DNA from: Cyanobacteria bacterium P01_D01_bin.156
GTDB lineage: Bacteria > Cyanobacteriota > Cyanobacteriia > Phormidesmidales > Phormidesmidaceae
Assembly (NCBI GenBank): GCA_039024555.1
Contig: JBCCQQ010000029.1
Coordinates: forward strand, 8,132-72,131
Direction of reading: 5' to 3'
DNA length: 64,000 bases
The position numbers and the translations under genes were made by a program. This document shows positions 59,603 through 64,000 of this stretch, piece after piece. Within the stretch, counting starts at the first letter, position 1; each line of letters opens with the position of its first letter. The notes below the pieces were generated by a model, which saw only the letters and a program-made list of their open reading frames with translations, was not told where the DNA came from and did no database searches.

Positions 59603-61009
59603 ATGGTATCTCTTTCTATTCGTAAGACAATTCCCCTAATGATTGTTACCCCCTTGGTGGTGGCAATTGCTGTATTTGGAAGTCTTTCGCTTTACTATGG
59701 ACGGCGATCCATCAATCAGCTCTCAGAAGATCTGATGCAGAGCACAACAAACCACATTCAAGACCAGCTCAGTGGTCTGATGCATGAACCGGTATTGATT
59801 AATAGTATCAATGCAAATGCGATCGCTAACGGTGAATTAAAGCTAACCGACTGGTCCCAGTGGGGAAGCTATTTTGCCAGTCAACTGCAGGCAGCCACCC
59901 ACAGTAACTATATTTATGCAGGCAGTGAACAGGGCTATTTTGTTGGCAGTGAGCGTACCCCAGAGGATCTATTAGTTGCCCTGTCCGATGAGAAAAGTCA
60001 GGGACGCATCTATCAATATCACATCAAAGATTCTGGGGATATGGCCGCCAAGCCGTTTGACCACTACGACTATGACCCCCGTGTGCGTCCCTGGTATCAG
60101 GCGGCAGTGGCTGCAAAACAGCCCATCTGGAGCAATGTTTATCTCGGGTTTACGGCTAAAGAACTGTTGATTACAGCGGCCCATCCCATCTATAGCGATC
60201 GCAATCAATTGATCGGTGTCTTGGGTACCGATATGTTTATCAGCCAGATGAATCACTTTCTTAACGAATTGGAAGTGGGAAAAACGGGAGAAGTGTTTAT
60301 TGTGGAACCCGATGGACTGCTGGTGGCTAGCTCCATTGGAGAAACAGTAAATGTTGCAGCATCCACGGCTGTTCCTAGCGAAACTGTTGAAGCCACCCGC
60401 ATTTCTGCGCTAAAGAGCCCTGAGCCCATACTCCGTGACGCCACTCAACAGTTGTTACAGGAGTATGGCGATCTCTCCAGTATTCGCACCAATATCCGCA
60501 TTACTCGACAAGTCGCCGGTCAACGAATGTTTATTGCCGGTCGTCCTCTCTACGATCAGCTGGGTTTGGAATGGTTGATTGTCGTTGCCGTACCGACCAG
60601 CAACTTTACGGGGCCACTGCGTATCCAAACCCTGAGCATGCTGATTTTTGCAGCCTTTTCCCTCACCATTGTTTGTGGCTTAGGCTGGCTGGCGGCCCGC
60701 TGGATTGTTACCCCTGTGCTACAGCTCCATACCATTGCTGTGGATGTAAAAGCTCAACAGTATATTCCCCATAGTATGGATCATTTAGTCCAGCGAAAAG
60801 ATGAAATTGGGCAATTTGCAGGGGTCTTTTCCGAAATGGCTGAAATTATTAGCCAACGAGAAGAAAGCTTAGAAGAACAACTCAAGTATCTACGGTTACG
60901 GGCACCCATGCCAGATAGTTATCATGCTCCCGATTTATCTGAGCTGCGCACCCTGCAACAGAAAGCTAAAGTTATTCGCGAGATGCATAGAACCCCCTCA
61001 GCAGAATGA
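59603..61009 (+). CDS. Membrane sensor TM-dCache-TM-HAMP with no output domain
   Basis: YDPRVRPWYQAA.....IWS.VY (dCache_1); HAMP TPVLQL...DEIGQFAGVF; short tail. Confidence 0.85.
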   Translation: MVSLSIRKTIPLMIVTPLVVAIAVFGSLSLYYGRRSINQLSEDLMQSTTNHIQDQLSGLMHEPVLINSINANAIANGELKLTDWSQWGSYFASQLQAATHSNYIYAGSEQGYFVGSERTPEDLLVALSDEKSQGRIYQYHIKDSGDMAAKPFDHYDYDPRVRPWYQAAVAAKQPIWSNVYLGFTAKELLITAAHPIYSDRNQLIGVLGTDMFISQMNHFLNELEVGKTGEVFIVEPDGLLVASSIGETVNVAASTAVPSETVEATRISALKSPEPILRDATQQLLQEYGDLSSIRTNIRITRQVAGQRMFIAGRPLYDQLGLEWLIVVAVPTSNFTGPLRIQTLSMLIFAAFSLTIVCGLGWLAARWIVTPVLQLHTIAVDVKAQQYIPHSMDHLVQRKDEIGQFAGVFSEMAEIISQREESLEEQLKYLRLRAPMPDSYHAPDLSELRTLQQKAKVIREMHRTPSAE

Positions 61010-61070
61010 GCGCATTAGCCCCTAAGTTAGTAACGGCATTAATGTCGCGTATTCCACCCAGGAGATTCCC

Positions 61071-63257
61071 ATGGTAGTCAGTGTTATCCAAAGTCGCATA
61101 TCAACAACGGAGCTAACCATTAAGCCCGGTCAGGCTATCGCTACATTTGATGTAGAGGTGATAAACAATAGCAACCGCCATGCCAGCTTTTATATTGTGC
61201 TCACCGCGACTGGTGCCACTGACCAGCCCCCCCGCTGCTGGTATCGTTTATCCCCCATGTCGTCCTCTATGGTGCCACCGGGAACCCGTAGCACTTACCA
61301 GGCCAGCATTATTGACACACCACTTCAGGGCTTTGTGGGATTAGCCAACATTACAGTGCGAATTATTTCGCCCGAGCTACACTCAGAAGAACGGCATGTG
61401 CTACGGTTACGTGTCGCTCCAGGTTTAGGAACCGCTGCTCTCACAGTTGAGCTACCCACATCCACATTCCAAGACTATCCTGGACAGTTGGTGGAGATTC
61501 CAGCCCGGATTTACAATGGTAGCCGCAACCCCATTACAGGAACACTGTCCTGCCCAGGGCTGGATGACTGGCTTACGGACCAATGTTCCCGCCAGGTAAT
61601 GCTGTTGCCTAACCGTTGGCAAGATCTGTTGGTGCCCTGTCAAATTCCTGAAGAAATGTCCCTGGCCCATAGTCAGGATTATCCGTTTCAGATTGTCGTT
61701 GTGGATGAGGATGGCACATCCGCCATGGCTTCCGGTGTTCTATCCGTCTTGCCCCTAGGGCATTGTGCATTGACTGCTGTGGATACGGTTTTGCGTCTAC
61801 CCCCCAGCCGATGGTGGTGGCCCAATCGCCAGTGCGATACCACCCACACTCAGCTACAGGTAACCAACCACAGTAATTTGACCAATGTGGTGCATTTGGG
61901 AAGTACGCCAGACGACAAACCTGGGTTATCTTATACTGTTGCGTTTGAGGATCAGGCGGTTTCCCTGCCCCCTGGGCAAGCCAAAACCGTTGATACCATC
62001 ATTGAGGTAAAGCGTCCCTGGTTTGGCTGGGTGCGTACCCTTTGGATAGATCTGCAAAATCAATTAGAGGATTCCCGCTTAGATCTTCAGGATGAAACGG
62101 CGATTCTGAAGGTGAAAGTGGCTCCCATTTTGCCCCGTTGGCTGCAGCTGGGTATGCTGCTGTGGTTGGTCGGTGCGATCGCTGGCGTGTGGTTTTGGAC
62201 TGTTCATCGTCAGCACCATCATCAGCTCGTGAGTTCAGTTCAATTTAATGGTGTGGGGGATCGTGTGGTCAGTAGCTCCGCCGATCAAACCATCCGTCAG
62301 TGGCAGGTAAAACAATGGAGTCTTCGTCCATTTAATTCTATTATCCAACTCAATAAAGCGGTACGTGTTTCCCAGTATCGTCCGGTAGATAACAATCAGC
62401 TCGTAGTGGGATTAGAAAATGGTGAAATCCAAATTTGGGATTTGTTGCAGTTTTCTCGAGAACCTCGCCAAACGTTGGTCAGTGGTCAGCAGGTGGATGA
62501 TCGGGTAATGGCCCTTACCTTCAGTGCTGATTCTCGCTCTGTATTTAGTGGGCACGGGAGCGGGCGCGTGAATCGCTGGTATGTCGGGCCAGACTCTGAT
62601 GGACAAAATTCTGTTACCCAGGAACCTGTTCAACAGTTGACACTGCCCGACTTTTCTGTTTCCGATCTGATATTGATGGGGAAAGATCAGACAATCTTAG
62701 CCATCGCTGGACGCTATAACAAACTAATACTTTGGCCTTGGTCAGATAAACACTCTGCTCTGGATGCTCAGACAGAGGATTTTCAGACAGATAATACAGT
62801 TACCGTTACTAACTACCCAACGGGGGGAAAAGATGATTACATCACCAGTGTAGCTACAGCTGAACAAAATCCCTTGCGCTTAATTACAGCTGATAATCAA
62901 GGTCGCATCATGGTGTGGAATCTTGCGGGATGTGTGGATCAGCCTAATGAATGCGCCATTGTTGACCAGTGGATAGTACCTACCCAGGCTCCTATTAGAG
63001 ATATCGCATTGAGTGCCAATGGCTGCTATCTAGTTAGCGCTAGCGATGATGGACAGCTTATTCTCTGGCCGCTTACCAATCAAGGCCGACGATTCAATAA
63101 ATATTTGCAAGGCCAAACAATTAAACGGATCAATACTGGATTTAACAGCGTGGATATCAAAGTAATGCAGAAGTATAATCTAATTACCAGTGGAGCAGAT
63201 GATTCCCAAGTTCGCATGCACCGCTTTAAGGCACCTACTCAGACCTGTCTGCTCTAA
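61071..63257 (+). CDS. Bitopic membrane protein: N-terminal Ig-like domains, TM helix, C-terminal WD40 propeller
   Basis: TM WLQLGMLLWLVGAIAGVWFW; SSSADQTIRQW, GLENGEIQIWD, TADNQGRIMVWN, SASDDGQLILW, SGADDSQVR. Confidence 0.85.
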   Translation: MVVSVIQSRISTTELTIKPGQAIATFDVEVINNSNRHASFYIVLTATGATDQPPRCWYRLSPMSSSMVPPGTRSTYQASIIDTPLQGFVGLANITVRIISPELHSEERHVLRLRVAPGLGTAALTVELPTSTFQDYPGQLVEIPARIYNGSRNPITGTLSCPGLDDWLTDQCSRQVMLLPNRWQDLLVPCQIPEEMSLAHSQDYPFQIVVVDEDGTSAMASGVLSVLPLGHCALTAVDTVLRLPPSRWWWPNRQCDTTHTQLQVTNHSNLTNVVHLGSTPDDKPGLSYTVAFEDQAVSLPPGQAKTVDTIIEVKRPWFGWVRTLWIDLQNQLEDSRLDLQDETAILKVKVAPILPRWLQLGMLLWLVGAIAGVWFWTVHRQHHHQLVSSVQFNGVGDRVVSSSADQTIRQWQVKQWSLRPFNSIIQLNKAVRVSQYRPVDNNQLVVGLENGEIQIWDLLQFSREPRQTLVSGQQVDDRVMALTFSADSRSVFSGHGSGRVNRWYVGPDSDGQNSVTQEPVQQLTLPDFSVSDLILMGKDQTILAIAGRYNKLILWPWSDKHSALDAQTEDFQTDNTVTVTNYPTGGKDDYITSVATAEQNPLRLITADNQGRIMVWNLAGCVDQPNECAIVDQWIVPTQAPIRDIALSANGCYLVSASDDGQLILWPLTNQGRRFNKYLQGQTIKRINTGFNSVDIKVMQKYNLITSGADDSQVRMHRFKAPTQTCLL

Positions 63258-63425
63258 GCTCGACTTTATCCAAACATTTGGATTAAGAGGAAAGCAGCAA
63301 GCACAATAGGTTTATCAGAACCAACTTGCTGCAAATAGAAACACTCAGTGTGCTGAGCTTGTTCGCCCCGTTATTCTCTCATCGCGTCTGGGACTCAGCG
63401 ATGCTGCTATTCATTAGATCTGTAT

Positions 63426-63862
63426 TATACTAAATTCGATTTGATGGGGACCGAAATATGAGACTCTAGGATATGCCTAGAAAACTTCGTATCGTCCCCC
63501 ATCTTTCATCCGCTGAACTGAAAGAGCGCTATCAGACAAGCTGTGATCCGGTTGAGTCACGCCGTTGGCATCTACTTTGGTTGTTGTCCGAGCACAAAAC
63601 CTTGACGACTGCGGCAACAGCGATTGGTCTGGGTTACGATTATGCTCGTCGCATTGTGCGTACTTACAATTCGGACGGGGTTAGCAGTGTGCGTAATCGA
63701 CGTCGGGATAAACGCCCAGATCAATCCCGGTTGTTGTTGAACGAGCATCAACTTGAAGACCTTAAAACACGTCTCAAATCGCCGCCAGCGGATGGTGGTG
63801 TGTGGTGTGGCCCCAAAGTCGCTCGGGTGATGGCCTAAATGCTGGGCCGAGAGCATGTTGGG
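63426..63862 (+). pseudogene. IS630-family transposase remnant (HTH part; premature stop, truncated)
   Basis: ORF 63473-63838 HLSSAELKERY...ESRRWHLLWL...PPADGGVWCGPKVAR ends in TAA, with read-through MLGREHV. TA-TACTAAATTC end-like sequence near 63426; no DDE domain. Confidence 0.75.
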
Positions 63863-63869
63863 TACCAAC

Positions 63870-64000
63870 TTAAGCCGCAAAACCATTTGCGTATGAGGGA
63901 TTCATCTTTTGTGCTTTAGATGACTTCCGGGGCATCGGTAAATCACCAATATGCTCGAGCATCCATTCGAATACATCTGGAAAAGGGTGGTCAAAAAGCC
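63870..64000 (-). mobile_element. 3' end of a probable transposase-like ORF (DUF6399-like) entering from the right edge
   Basis: Minus frame LFDHPFPDVFEWMLEHIGDLPMPRKSSKAQKMNPSYANGFAA*; stop at 63870-63872, next to the point where IS630 similarity ends. Confidence 0.5.

Noticed and set aside
11598..63257. Prophage or T6SS interpretation
   Set aside because: No capsid, terminase, portal or integrase, and no TssJLM/ClpV/TssK recognised; DUF4255, DUF4157 and the Afp15-like ATPase point to eCIS/tCIS.
1..64000. tRNA, rRNA or CRISPR arrays
   Set aside because: None recognised by eye; small ncRNAs cannot be excluded without a covariance-model search.

Overview
Cyanobacterial DNA, judged by frequent HIP1 GCGATCGC octamers. 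About 52 kb (11.6-63.3 kb) is a contractile injection system (eCIS/tCIS-type) locus arranged in five alternating-strand blocks. Structural genes: sheath, four gp19-like tube paralogs, two tail-assembly-chaperone-like genes, a tube-initiator protein, VgrG spike, gp25 wedge, baseplate J and tail-I proteins, DUF4255 cap and an AAA+ ATPase. Accessory genes: a DUF4159 protein, three DUF4157 cargo-like proteins (two followed by YbjN/CesT-like proteins), a 1959-aa [ILV]QR-repeat protein, two membrane-anchored Ig-like proteins (one with WD40), a pseudokinase-PstS-like fusion, two Cache-HAMP receptors with no output domain, and a NarL/LuxR regulator. Items the ORF track misses: (i) a >2550-aa minus-strand DUF4114/S8-protease/coiled-coil ORF running off the left edge; (ii) a DUF6760-like frame with no start codon, reachable by a -1 shift at GGGGGAG, like the phage tail-chaperone G/GT frameshift; (iii) an identical 12-mer GACTTTTGTCGG in both divergent promoter regions; (iv) a shared N-terminal signature on all three DUF4157 proteins. 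A NACHT protein gene flanks the locus on the left and nested IS remnants on the right. All family assignments come from motif recognition by eye, not database searches.
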